DNA of 45,552 bases from contig DASWDY010000003.1 of assembly GCA_036395035.1 (NCBI GenBank), positions 1 to 45,552 of the forward strand, in the 5' to 3' direction. Origin of the DNA: Candidatus Limnocylindria bacterium. Lineage in GTDB: Bacteria > Chloroflexota > Limnocylindria > P2-11E. This document shows, in pieces, positions 7,792-16,979 of the stretch. The stretch's first letter is position 1, and every line of letters begins with the position of its first letter. A model generated the notes under the pieces. The model had not been told where the DNA came from. It did no database searches and saw only the letters and a program-made list of their open reading frames with translations. The translations under genes were made by a program, and so were the position numbers.

Positions 7792-8829
7792 TCACGCGGC
7801 GACCTTCTCGGTCTCGCGATGGACCATCTCCGACAACCGCCTGAGCACGTCGGGATCGGTATCAGGAAGGACTCCGTGTCCGAGATTGAAGACGTGCCCG
7901 GGTCGATCGCCGGCGCGGCGTAACACCTCACGCGCGCGATCAGCGACTACCTCAAAGGGAGCGAGACAGACTCCGGGATCGAGGTTGCCCTGGATCCCGA
8001 CGTCGTATCCGATCGTCCGCCATGCCTCATCGAGCGGCACGCGCCAATCGACGCTGACGACGTCGCACTCCGCGCGCGCCATGAGCGGCAGGAGCGCGGG
8101 ATTGCCGGTGGCGAAGTGGACCCGGGGCACGCTGAGATCCGCGAGGGCCGCGAAGATCCGCCTCGTGTAGGGCAGGACGGCGCGCTCGTAGTCGGCCGGT
8201 CCGAGCGCTCCCGCCCATGAGTCGAACAGCTGCACGACCTGGGCGCCGGCCGCGATCTGGGCGCGGAGGTAGCGCGAGATCACCTCGCTGATCGTCGTCA
8301 TGAGGGCGTGCCAGAGCGCGGGCTCGCCGAAGAGCATCGCCTTGGTCCGCGCGTACTCGCGCGAAGGACGCCCCTCGATGAGATAGGACGCGAGCGTGAA
8401 CGGCGCGCCGGCGAAGCCGATGAGCGCCACCTCGGGCGCGAGCTCGCGGCGCAGCGCGCGGATCGTCTCGAAGAGGTACGGCGTCGCCTCCTCGGCGTCG
8501 ATGATGCGGATCGCGTCAACGTCGGCCGCCGCACGCACCGGCCGCTCGACGATCGGACCGAGATCCGGCTGGATGTGGAAGGGGATCCCCATCCCGTCGA
8601 GCGGCAGCATGATGTCGGCGTAGAGGACGGCGCCGTCGACGCCGAGGCGATCGACGGGCATCTTCGTCACGCGAGCGCACAGCTCGGGCGTGCGCGCCAT
8701 CTCGAGGATCCCGTAGCGGTCGCGGAGGGCGCGGTACTCGGCGAGGCAGCGGCCCGCCTGCCGCATGAACCAGATCGGCGTGCGCTCGGTGCGCTCGCGC
8801 CGGCACGCGCGGACGAGCAGCGGGTCTAT
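7792..8829 (-). CDS. hemE: uroporphyrinogen decarboxylase
   Basis: It shows PIWFMRQAGRCLAEYR and GFAGAPFTLASYLIEG. The conserved DPLLVRACRRERTERTPIWF lies upstream of the first canonical start (ATG 8766). I propose an ATA start at 8829..8827 overlapping the hemQ TAG (ATAG), giving 345 aa, a typical HemE length. Confidence 0.88.
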   Translation of the reverse strand: MDPLLVRACRRERTERTPIWFMRQAGRCLAEYRALRDRYGILEMARTPELCARVTKMPVDRLGVDGAVLYADIMLPLDGMGIPFHIQPDLGPIVERPVRAAADVDAIRIIDAEEATPYLFETIRALRRELAPEVALIGFAGAPFTLASYLIEGRPSREYARTKAMLFGEPALWHALMTTISEVISRYLRAQIAAGAQVVQLFDSWAGALGPADYERAVLPYTRRIFAALADLSVPRVHFATGNPALLPLMARAECDVVSVDWRVPLDEAWRTIGYDVGIQGNLDPGVCLAPFEVVADRAREVLRRAGDRPGHVFNLGHGVLPDTDPDVLRRLSEMVHRETEKVAA

Positions 8830-9533
8830 GCGAAGGCCTCGATCCGCGCGGACGCGCCGTCGATCTCATCGAGCGCGCGCTCGAGCGGCATCGCCGCCCC
8901 GACGAAGATCGGCGTCTCGCGCTCGGTGTAGCTCGAGGCCTCCGTCTCACGCAGGTCCGCGACCAGCGCGAGGAAGCGGCGGACGTCGTCGACCTCGAAC
9001 GCGACGACGAACTCCTGGTCGTCGATCCCGAAGCTGTACCCGGTGTGGATACGCACGTCCGGATAGCCGTGGCCGACCTCGAAGTGCTTCGCCATGATCC
9101 GCGTCCGCTCCTCGTGCGGAAGCGCGTACCAGGTCCGCTTCTTCACCATCGGGTAGACGACGAGATAGGCCTTGTCGCCGACGGGACCCGCCTCGCCGCG
9201 GGCGTGCTCGTTCGCCGGGTGCGCGTGATCGCCGAGATACGGCGACCGACGCCGGGCCGCGAGATAGCCATAGGGCCGCGCCGCGTACGACCAGAGCCGC
9301 GTCGCGGCCAGCCGCGTCTCGAGGCTACGGATGCGCTCGAGGTCCTCGCCGACGATCCAGAGCAGGAGGTCGGCATCCGCGCGCGTGCCGACGAGCGAGT
9401 ACGCGTGCACGCGCACCCCGTCGGCCTGCGCCGCCTCGGCGAGCTCGCGCTTCTGCGCCGCTCGCTCGCTCGCGGGCAGCCGTCGCCACTCGGGCGTCAT
9501 CGCGAGGGTGAGGTAGCGGTACAGCTCGTTCAT
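8826..9533 (-). CDS. hemQ: chlorite-dismutase-family heme synthase / coproheme decarboxylase (HemQ/ChdC)
   Basis: It shows YLVVYPMVKKRTWYALPHEERTRIMAKHFEVG and EFVVAFEVDD. It has an ATGA overlap with the hemL stop. Confidence 0.85.
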   Translation of the reverse strand: MNELYRYLTLAMTPEWRRLPASERAAQKRELAEAAQADGVRVHAYSLVGTRADADLLLWIVGEDLERIRSLETRLAATRLWSYAARPYGYLAARRRSPYLGDHAHPANEHARGEAGPVGDKAYLVVYPMVKKRTWYALPHEERTRIMAKHFEVGHGYPDVRIHTGYSFGIDDQEFVVAFEVDDVRRFLALVADLRETEASSYTERETPIFVGAAMPLERALDEIDGASARIEAFA

Positions 9534-10816
9534 GCGACCTCCTGCAGTGACGCGCGCGCCGCCGCGACGACCTCGTCGACCGCGGCGTCGTCATGCGCGA
9601 GCGAGACGAACCAGCATTCGAACTGCGAGGGCGGGAGCATGACGCCCCGCTCCAGCATCGCGCGGTGGAACGCGGCGAAGCGCTCGCGATCGCTCGTCAT
9701 CGCGTCGTCCTCGTTCCGCACCGGGCGGTCCGTGAAGAAGAGCGTCAGGAGCGAGCCGACCCGCTGTACGCGGGCCGCGGCGCCGCTCGCCGCGATCGCG
9801 TCGTTCAACCCCGCTTCGAGGCGCGCGCCGGCCGCTTCGAGGCGCGCGTACGCGCGATCGTCGAGGAGCCGCAGCGTGGCGAGACCGGCCGCCATCGCGA
9901 GCGGGTTCCCCGAGAGCGTGCCGGCCTGATAGACGGGTCCGAGCGGCGCGACGAGCGACATGAGCGCACGCGATCCGCCGTACGCGCCCACGGGCAGCCC
10001 GCCGCCGATCACCTTGCCGAAGCACGTGAGGTCGGCGCGCACACCGGTGCGCTCCTGCGCGCCGCCCCGCGCGACGCGGAAGCCCGTGATGACCTCGTCG
10101 AAGACGAGCAGCGCGCCGGTGCGGTCGCACACCTCGCGCAGTCCCTCGAGGAACGCCGGCGCCGGCGGGACGCAGCCCATGTTCCCCGCGTACGGCTCGA
10201 CGAGCACCGCGGCGAGCGGCAGCGCGTCGGCCGCCGCGCGGACGGCGCCGAGGTCGTTGTACGCGACCGTGATCGTGTCGGCCGCTGTCGCTTCGGTCAC
10301 TCCGGCCGATCCGGGCAGCCCGAGCGTCGCGACGCCCGAGCCCGCCTTCGCGAGCAGCCCGTCCGAATGGCCGTGATAGCAGCCCGCGAACTTCAGGATC
10401 TTGCTGCGCCCCGTGGCCGCGCGGGCGAGCCGGACCGCGCTCATCGCCGCCTCCGTCCCGGAGGAGACGAAGCGCAGCATGTCCACGCTGGGCACGGCGC
10501 GCGCGATCGTCGACGCGAGCTCGACCTCGAGCGGCGTCGGCGCGCCGTACGACGTCCCGCGCCGCGCCTGGTCCTCGATGTCGCGCACGACGTCGGGATG
10601 CGCGTGGCCCGCGATGAGCGGCCCCCACGAGCACACGAGATCGACGTACGCGTAGCCGTCGGCGTCGCGCACGCGGCAGCCCTCGCCCGCGACGATGAAC
10701 GGCGGACCCCCGCCGACGGCGCGGTACGCGCGAACGGGGCTCGACACGCCGCCGGGCATGAGGCGCTCCGCGCGCTCCAGCAGCTCGGCGCTGCGGGATC
10801 CCGTGCCGACCTTCAC
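9530..10816 (-). CDS. hemL: glutamate-1-semialdehyde 2,1-aminomutase
   Basis: It shows LMPGGVSSPVRA, VSSGTEA, LVFDEVITGFR, and the PLP lysine region CFGKVIGGG. The GTG at 10816 overlaps the hemB TGA (GTGA). Confidence 0.92.
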   Translation of the reverse strand: MKVGTGSRSAELLERAERLMPGGVSSPVRAYRAVGGGPPFIVAGEGCRVRDADGYAYVDLVCSWGPLIAGHAHPDVVRDIEDQARRGTSYGAPTPLEVELASTIARAVPSVDMLRFVSSGTEAAMSAVRLARAATGRSKILKFAGCYHGHSDGLLAKAGSGVATLGLPGSAGVTEATAADTITVAYNDLGAVRAAADALPLAAVLVEPYAGNMGCVPPAPAFLEGLREVCDRTGALLVFDEVITGFRVARGGAQERTGVRADLTCFGKVIGGGLPVGAYGGSRALMSLVAPLGPVYQAGTLSGNPLAMAAGLATLRLLDDRAYARLEAAGARLEAGLNDAIAASGAAARVQRVGSLLTLFFTDRPVRNEDDAMTSDRERFAAFHRAMLERGVMLPPSQFECWFVSLAHDDAAVDEVVAAARASLQEVA

Positions 10817-11808
10817 CGCCGCAGCCACTCGGCCGCCTCCAGCGCGAAGTACGTGATCGTGACGTCCGCGCCCGCGCGGGCGATCGCGGTGAGCGACTCG
10901 AGCGCGGCGCGGCGAAGGTCGATCCACCCGCGGTCCGCCGCCGCGTGCAGCGCGGCGTACTCACCGCTCACCTGGTACGCGGCGAGCGGGACGTCGTACC
11001 GCGCGCGGGCCGCCCCGATGACATCGAGGTACGGACCGGCCGGCTTCACCATCACCATGTCCGCGCCTTCGGTGATATCGGCGGCGATCTCGATCATGGC
11101 CTCGCGCGCGTTCGGCGGATCCATCTGGTATGCGGCGCGGTCGCCGAAGAGCGGCGCGCACTCCGCCGCCTCGCGGAACGGTCCGTAGAACGCGGAGGCG
11201 AACTTCGCCGCGTACGAGAGGATCGCGGTCTCGACGTGGCCGGCGAGATCGAGAGCGCCCCGGATCGCCCCGACGCGGCCGTCCATCATGTCCGACGGCG
11301 CGACGACGTCGGCACCCGCAGCGGCATACGCGATCGCGGCGTCGGCCAGCAGCGGCAGCGTCGCGTCGTTGTCGATGGCGCCGTCGTCACGCACGATCCC
11401 GCAGTGCCCGTGCGTCGTGTACTCGCAGAGGCAGACGTCGGCGATGAGCGCGAGATCCGGCACACGCGAGCGGATCGTCCGCAGCGCCGCCGGCACCGGT
11501 CCGAGGGGATCCGCCGCGGCGCGGCCGTCGTTCTTCTCATCGGGTAGGCCGAAGAGGAGCAGCCCGCCGAGGCCGGCGGCCGCGGCGCGCTCGGCCATCT
11601 CCGCGACGCGCGCGATAGGCCAGCGCGCGTGTCCCGGCAACGATGCGATCGGCGTCACCTCGCTCGCGCGCGCGTCAACGAACACGGGCAGGACCCACGC
11701 GGACGGGTCGAGGCGCGTCTCGCGGACGAGGCGCCGGAGGGCGGCCGTCCGACGTAGGCGGTGGGATCGATGGAATGACGCTCCCGCGCGCGGCGGTGCG
11801 ATCGTCAT
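10813..11808 (-). CDS. hemB: porphobilinogen synthase (delta-aminolevulinate dehydratase), Zn-type
   Basis: It has the Cys-rich Zn site DVCLCEYTTHGHCG, and also SDMMDGR and MVKPA. The ATG at 11808 overlaps the hemD TGA (ATGA). Confidence 0.92.
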   Translation of the reverse strand: MTIAPPRAGASFHRSHRLRRTAALRRLVRETRLDPSAWVLPVFVDARASEVTPIASLPGHARWPIARVAEMAERAAAAGLGGLLLFGLPDEKNDGRAAADPLGPVPAALRTIRSRVPDLALIADVCLCEYTTHGHCGIVRDDGAIDNDATLPLLADAAIAYAAAGADVVAPSDMMDGRVGAIRGALDLAGHVETAILSYAAKFASAFYGPFREAAECAPLFGDRAAYQMDPPNAREAMIEIAADITEGADMVMVKPAGPYLDVIGAARARYDVPLAAYQVSGEYAALHAAADRGWIDLRRAALESLTAIARAGADVTITYFALEAAEWLRR

Positions 11809-12560
11809 GTGACGGCGACCCTCTCTGGCGGTCGGATCGCGTTCACCAGCGATGCGGCATCCGTGACGTCGGTGATCGCCGCGATGACGCCGATGCGCCG
11901 CCGGACCCGCTCCGCGGTACGACGGCCGATGGCGATGAACCCCGCCGCGCGCAGCGTCGCCGCGCCGACCGCGTCCGTGAGCGCATCGACGGCGCTCGGG
12001 GACGCCACGACGATGCTCACCGGCCGCCGCGCGATCGCGCGCCGGACCGCGCTGGGATCGCCGCTGACCTCGGCGACGGTGCGGTACGCCGTGAGCTCGC
12101 GCACGCGCGCGCCGCGCCGGCGGAGGATCGCCGGAAGGTCGCGCGACGCGATGTCCGACCGCGCGAGCAGGATCTCGCCGCGGGGCACCGGCAGCTCGCT
12201 TCCGAGCGTGCGTCCGTCCGCGCGCGAGGCCACGAAGTGGACGCGCAGCCCGACCGCCGCCGCGTGTTCGGCGGTGCGCTGCCCGACGGCCGCGACGCCG
12301 CACGCGAGGCCGGACCGCGGGACGACGGCGGCGACCGCGTCGACGCCCGCGCGGCTCGTCAGCACGAGGAGGTCGGACGGGCGGAGCCCTTCGATCTCGC
12401 CCGCGAGCTCGCTCGTGTCCGCGAGCGGCTCCGCGCGCATGCACGGCAGCTCGATGACCTCGGCGCCGAGCCGGCGTAGCTCCGAAGGCAGCGTTCGCTC
12501 GTCCTCGGGACGCCGCGTGAGGACGACGATCGCGCCGTCGAGGGGTCGGCGCTCAGACAT
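11805..12560 (-). CDS. hemD: uroporphyrinogen-III synthase
   Basis: Calling features are its position between hemC and hemB, the HemD-like VVLTRRPEDE...LVLTSRAGVDA...VASPSAVDAL repeats, and ATG 12560 overlapping the end of hemC. Confidence 0.8.
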   Translation of the reverse strand: MSERRPLDGAIVVLTRRPEDERTLPSELRRLGAEVIELPCMRAEPLADTSELAGEIEGLRPSDLLVLTSRAGVDAVAAVVPRSGLACGVAAVGQRTAEHAAAVGLRVHFVASRADGRTLGSELPVPRGEILLARSDIASRDLPAILRRRGARVRELTAYRTVAEVSGDPSAVRRAIARRPVSIVVASPSAVDALTDAVGAATLRAAGFIAIGRRTAERVRRRIGVIAAITDVTDAASLVNAIRPPERVAVT

Positions 12561-13410
12561 GTACGCCGCCGAGCACGTCCGCGCACTGGCGCGCGATCGC
12601 CAGCGGATCCTCCCCGCGCGCATGGGCACGGACGAGCCCGTCCGCCGCCGCGAGCGCGGCGTCGAGGGTCAGCACGCCGTCATCGACGCGACCCCAGGTG
12701 CCGAGCGGGATCTCGCAGCTCGCGCCGAGGAGGCGCAGCACCTCGCGCTCCGCGGCGACCGAACGTCGTGTCACCGGGTCGTCGAGCGGGACGGCGAGCG
12801 CGATCGTCGCCGCGTCATCGGCGCGGCACTGCACCGCGAGCGCGCCCTGACCCGGAGCCGGGGGACAGTCGCGGGGATCGAGGATCTCGCGCTCGTCCAC
12901 CGCGATCCCGAGCCGGCGAAGCCCGGCGAGCGCGAGGACCGTCCCGTCGTACTCGCCCGCGCGGACCTTCGCCATCCTCGTATCTACGTTCCCGCGGATC
13001 GGCCGGGTCACGAGGTCCGGCCGCAGCGCGCGCAGGAAGGTGTCGCGCCGCGGGCTCGACGTCCCGATGACCGCGCCGTGCGGGAGCGAGCCGAGACCGC
13101 CGCGCGCCGTCGTGATGAGGACGTCGCGCGGATCCTCACGTGCGAGGATCGCGGCGAGGACGAGGCCCGGACGATCGTCGGTCGGCAGATCCTTCAGCGA
13201 ATGGACCGCAAGGTCGATCTCACCGCTCCGCAGCGCCTCCTCGATCGCGGTGACGAAGGCGCCGTCGCCGAGCTCCGGGATCGGCCGATCGCTCGCGTCC
13301 CCGGTCGTGCGGATGATCACGATCTCGGCGTCGCCGGCGAGGGCACCGAGGACGATCGCCGTCTGCGCCCGCGCGAGCGCGCTCCCGCGCGTGCCGATCC
13401 GCAGCGTCAC
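12553..13410 (-). CDS. hemC: hydroxymethylbilane synthase (porphobilinogen deaminase)
   Basis: It shows LRIGTRGSALA, AVHSLKDLP, IRGNVDTR, and QGALAVQCR. The GTG at 13410 overlaps the hemA TGA (GTGA). Confidence 0.92.
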   Translation of the reverse strand: MTLRIGTRGSALARAQTAIVLGALAGDAEIVIIRTTGDASDRPIPELGDGAFVTAIEEALRSGEIDLAVHSLKDLPTDDRPGLVLAAILAREDPRDVLITTARGGLGSLPHGAVIGTSSPRRDTFLRALRPDLVTRPIRGNVDTRMAKVRAGEYDGTVLALAGLRRLGIAVDEREILDPRDCPPAPGQGALAVQCRADDAATIALAVPLDDPVTRRSVAAEREVLRLLGASCEIPLGTWGRVDDGVLTLDAALAAADGLVRAHARGEDPLAIARQCADVLGGVHV

Positions 13411-14594
13411 GGGTCGATCCCGAACAGCGTGCGGGCGACCGGCTCGGCCTCGGGGGTGCGCCGGAGGCGCACGGTCGGCTCGTGCAGCAGCGCGTGGGTC
13501 AGTCCCGCAGCGAGCGACGCGACGACCTCGCGGTCGCGCTCCGGCAGGTGCCCGAGATGCCGCATGGCGCGCGAGAGCTGCTGCTCGCGGATCGCCTCCG
13601 CGCGAACGCGCAGCGCATGGATCGTCCGCGCGCTTGCGCGCTCGTCGATCCACGCGACGAACGCCCGGGCCTCCTCGCGGCAGCGCTCCTCCGCGCCCGC
13701 GACGACCGCGTCCGGCACGGTCGGCGAGCCCGCGGCGAGATCGTCGACGTCGCGGTACAGCACTCCCGGCAGGTCCCGCGCGTCGTCGGCCACGCTGCGC
13801 GGGACGGCGATATCCACGACGACGAGCGGTCGCACGGCCGCGCGAGGCCGCAAGAGCGCACGCGTGAGCACCGCGCCGCGCGTGTCGGCGGCGGAGATGA
13901 CGAGGTCGGCGCGCGCGAGCGCCTCGGGGAGCGAGCCGAGGGCGATCGCATCCGCGCCGATCGACGACGCGAGATCGGCGGCCCGCAACGCATCGCGGTT
14001 CGCGATGATGAGACGGCCGACGCGGCGCGCGAGCGCGCGTGCGGCGAGCTTGCCGATCTCACCCGCGCCGACGACGAGCGCGGTCGCGCGCGCCGGATCG
14101 GGGACGTGCGCGAGCGCCTCGTCCACCGCGAGCGAGCCGATCGATCGACGGACCGATCCGAGCGGTGTCGTCGCGCGGACCGTCCGCGCGAGATGCAGCG
14201 CGCGCTGCAGCAGCGCGGCGAGGATCGGATCGAGACCACGTGCTCGCGCGGCTTCGCGGGCGCGGCGGACCTGGTTCGCGATCTGTCCCTCACCGACGAT
14301 CGCGGAATCGAGACCAGCGGCGACGCGGAAGAGATGGGCCGCGGCATCGATGTCGGTGAGCACACTTGCCTCGTCGAGCACCGGATCCGCGTGTCCGAGA
14401 CGCTCCGCGATCGCGCGGCGTGGGTCCTCGCCGGCAAGCACCGTGGTGTAGACCTCGACGCGGTGGCAGGTGAGCAGGGCGACCACGTCGCGACGCGGCG
14501 GCGCCGCGGACGCGATGGTGGTCAGCCGCTCACGCGCGTCGATCGACGCCGTGCGCTGATGGAGACGAAGGAGCGCGAGGCGCGCCGCAGGCAC
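13407..14594 (-). CDS. hemA: glutamyl-tRNA reductase
   Basis: It shows LLTCHRVEVY, FRVAAGLDSAIVGEGQI, and the NADPH site VVGAGEIGKLAA. The GTG start is at 14594. Confidence 0.9.
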   Translation of the reverse strand: MPAARLALLRLHQRTASIDARERLTTIASAAPPRRDVVALLTCHRVEVYTTVLAGEDPRRAIAERLGHADPVLDEASVLTDIDAAAHLFRVAAGLDSAIVGEGQIANQVRRAREAARARGLDPILAALLQRALHLARTVRATTPLGSVRRSIGSLAVDEALAHVPDPARATALVVGAGEIGKLAARALARRVGRLIIANRDALRAADLASSIGADAIALGSLPEALARADLVISAADTRGAVLTRALLRPRAAVRPLVVVDIAVPRSVADDARDLPGVLYRDVDDLAAGSPTVPDAVVAGAEERCREEARAFVAWIDERASARTIHALRVRAEAIREQQLSRAMRHLGHLPERDREVVASLAAGLTHALLHEPTVRLRRTPEAEPVARTLFGIDP

Positions 14595-14633
14595 CGCACC
14601 GAGGGTGAACGAGGACCGGCCGCGACATCAAGA

Positions 14634-14662
14634 GATATACCGAGATTTGCCTAGGTTGTCGC
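14634..14662 (-). promoter_or_regulatory. candidate sigma-70-type promoter of the heme operon
   Basis: On the minus strand there is GCGACA (14662..14657), a 17-nt spacer, then TATATC (14639..14634), about 40 nt upstream of the hemA GTG. This rests on sequence resemblance only. Confidence 0.3.
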
Positions 14663-14881
14663 TGCGACCCTCCATCCGGCGCGGCGCAGGCGATCGCGCT
14701 CCGCCAGGAGGTCCTCGTAATGGCCGACGCGCACCCAGGCGACGTCTTCGTCGTCGGCGATGCCCGGGTTGACGCGCTGCTCGATCGTCCCGTCGCTCAG
14801 ATACGCGCGCGTCATGAGGTAGCGCTGCCCATGGCCGACGCGCTTCGCGACGTAAGCGCGCATGAGCTCACGCCGGATCAT
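14651..14881 (-). CDS. hypothetical small protein (76 aa)
   Basis: It has an ATG start, genome-typical G/C third positions and no recognisable motif. Confidence 0.45.
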   Translation of the reverse strand: MIRRELMRAYVAKRVGHGQRYLMTRAYLSDGTIEQRVNPGIADDEDVAWVRVGHYEDLLAERDRLRRAGWRVAATT

Positions 14882-14903
14882 CGCGGGAAGGTATCACTCG
14901 TGG

Positions 14904-15842
14904 TCACTCGATAGAGAAGCATCCGGACATGATCAGCTGCACCTTGCGCCACCTACCACCGACGAGGACCTCGGCGCGATAGGCCGTCGCTGTGCCGCTC
15001 GAGAACGCGTTGACGACGTCATGCGGGACGGCAAATGCCGCCACGCCGGTGGCCTCCGCGAGGCAGCCGTACGACTGCGGAGGACCGAACCGCGCGGTCG
15101 AGATCGTGGCCCCGCTCGTGTCGAGGAGACGTGCGTCATCAGGGAACGGACCCGACCTCGTCGCGAGGTACACACGGTGACCCGTCGGGCTGTGGCTCAC
15201 GTGGGTGGACAGGTAGAGGCGCATCACATCCGTCGCAGTCCCTCGCGCGATCGGCCGCATGGCGCGAGCGAGGTCGATGAGCGCCTGTTCGCTCGCGTAT
15301 TGACCGAAGGTCGTCGGGTAGAGAACGATCTCGGTCATGGCCCCGGACGCCGACGGCTCGCGCCAGTGGAGCATCGGGCCTTCGCTCGCGCCGAGCGGTG
15401 GGTAGAGCTCGCCGACGAGCGGCTTCGTTCCTCCGGATCCTGCGCGGATCGTCACGTCGCGTGGTGTGCCCTTCGAGAAGTCCGGGCAACATCCCTCCGC
15501 TCCTTCGGCGATCCGCAGCCACGGCTTCGTGCCTGCGGTCTTGCTCACCTCGATCGAGAGCACAGGATCGCCCAGACCGCGCGGTCCGAGCGCGGGAGAG
15601 CCGAAGAGTGACGCCGTCACCGCGAGATCGGCCGGCAGACCGTCAGGGACGTAGGGCTGGAACGCGAGGCCTGCGGTCAGGGAAGTGATGGCAGCGGCGA
15701 GCGGTGAGCTCGGTGTCTCAGCCGGCGTCGGGCTCGCCGTGCCTCCGGAGAGCGCATTCCCGTTAGGAAGTCGACCGCACGCGAGGGCTACGACAGCCAG
15801 CGACAAGATGAGCCGACCCACATCAGGCGATAACGTCGGCAT
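14904..15842 (-). CDS. secreted protein or putative lipoprotein, function unknown
   Basis: MPTLSPDVGRLILSLAVVALACG looks like a signal peptide with a Cys at its end. I chose the Met at 15842 over 15884. Confidence 0.6.
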   Translation of the reverse strand: MPTLSPDVGRLILSLAVVALACGRLPNGNALSGGTASPTPAETPSSPLAAAITSLTAGLAFQPYVPDGLPADLAVTASLFGSPALGPRGLGDPVLSIEVSKTAGTKPWLRIAEGAEGCCPDFSKGTPRDVTIRAGSGGTKPLVGELYPPLGASEGPMLHWREPSASGAMTEIVLYPTTFGQYASEQALIDLARAMRPIARGTATDVMRLYLSTHVSHSPTGHRVYLATRSGPFPDDARLLDTSGATISTARFGPPQSYGCLAEATGVAAFAVPHDVVNAFSSGTATAYRAEVLVGGRWRKVQLIMSGCFSIE

Positions 15843-15932
15843 GGGCTCAAAGGTTCCGCAAGTGGCCGGGGTACCGATCTCCAAGACCGTCTACGGGAGG
15901 CGAGCCGGTGATCAACAGGTAGGGAGGGATCC

Positions 15933-16382
15933 ATGAGCCATCTGCGCTTCCACTCACAGCACGCGCATCTTTCTGCTCCGTTCGGGCAAACGACCTTCGG
16001 CCAACTCGCCGAGAGCTTCGCGCGCTTCTTCGGGACCCCGCAGTTCCTCATCGGCCAGACGGTCGTGGTCGCGGCGTGGATCGTCACCAATGCGATCGGC
16101 GTGGCGAGTTTCGATCCGATGCCGTTCATCCTTCTGAATCTCGGCTTCAGCCTCCAGGCCGCCTACGCGGCCCCGCTCATCCTCCTCGCACAGACACGCC
16201 AGGCCGAGCGTGACAAGGCGCTCTCGGACGCCGATGCGATGCACCGCGAGGAGCTGGCCAAAACGAATCTCGAGCTGCTCAAACTGAACACTGACGTCAC
16301 GAAGCGGATCGCTGAGCTCACCGAGCGCATCGAGCAGCTGACGGAAGAGATCCATGCATCCGTCGCGCGCGCGAGCGGCTGA
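15933..16382 (+). CDS. DUF1003 domain membrane protein
   Basis: It shows FDPMPFILLNLGFSLQAAYAAPLILLAQTRQAERDK followed by a coiled-coil tail, the characteristic DUF1003 pattern. Confidence 0.8.
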   Translation: MSHLRFHSQHAHLSAPFGQTTFGQLAESFARFFGTPQFLIGQTVVVAAWIVTNAIGVASFDPMPFILLNLGFSLQAAYAAPLILLAQTRQAERDKALSDADAMHREELAKTNLELLKLNTDVTKRIAELTERIEQLTEEIHASVARASG

Positions 16383-16409
16383 TCCGACGTAGAGTCACGG
16401 TCGCTCGAG

Positions 16410-16973
16410 ATGACGGCATCTTCCGCGGAGGAGAAGCGCGAGCGCCTGGTCTGGCTCGACATGGAGATGACCGGGCTCGACCCGCGCCGCAACCAGGTCA
16501 TCGAGATCGCCGCCGTGGTCACGGAGATCGGCGACCTCACGCCGCTCGGGACGTACCACGCGGTCATTCACCAGCCGACCGTGGCCATCGACGCTGCCGA
16601 CGCGTACGTGCGGGAGATGCACACGCGGTCCGGGCTCTGGGACCGCGTCCGCACGTCGACCGTCTCGCTCGAGGACGCCGAGAAGGGCGCGCTCGACCTC
16701 GTGTCGCAGTGGTGCGATCCGCGGCAGGGCATCCTCGCCGGCAACTCGATCTGGCAGGACCGGCGCTTCCTGTTCGTGTACATGCCGCGGCTCGAGGCGT
16801 ACCTGCACTACCGCCAGGTGGACGTGAGCACGCTCAAGGTCCTCGTCGGCGCGTGGTTCGGCCCGAACGCGATCCCGAAGAAGTCGGAGAAGCACACTGC
16901 CCTGGAGGACATCCACGAGTCCATCGCCGAGCTCGAGCAGTACCGGAGGCTGATGCAGCCGGCGCGGGTCTGA
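16410..16973 (+). CDS. orn: oligoribonuclease
   Basis: It has the DEDDh exonuclease motifs LVWLDMEMTGLD, AGNSIWQDRRFL, and HTALEDIHESIAEL. Confidence 0.9.
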   Translation: MTASSAEEKRERLVWLDMEMTGLDPRRNQVIEIAAVVTEIGDLTPLGTYHAVIHQPTVAIDAADAYVREMHTRSGLWDRVRTSTVSLEDAEKGALDLVSQWCDPRQGILAGNSIWQDRRFLFVYMPRLEAYLHYRQVDVSTLKVLVGAWFGPNAIPKKSEKHTALEDIHESIAELEQYRRLMQPARV

Positions 16974-16979
16974 CGAGGG

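Noticed and set aside
11809-14451. 880-aa plus-strand ORF antisense to hemD, hemC and hemA
   Set aside because: Its composition is Arg/Ser/Ala/Thr low-complexity with no motifs, and it lies opposite three well-supported genes. It is a typical stop-free antisense frame in GC-rich DNA.
14530-14628. 32-codon upstream ORF starting at ATG 14628 and overlapping the hemA start
   Set aside because: It is out of frame with hemA and has no ribosome-binding site or conservation evidence. It is probably fortuitous.
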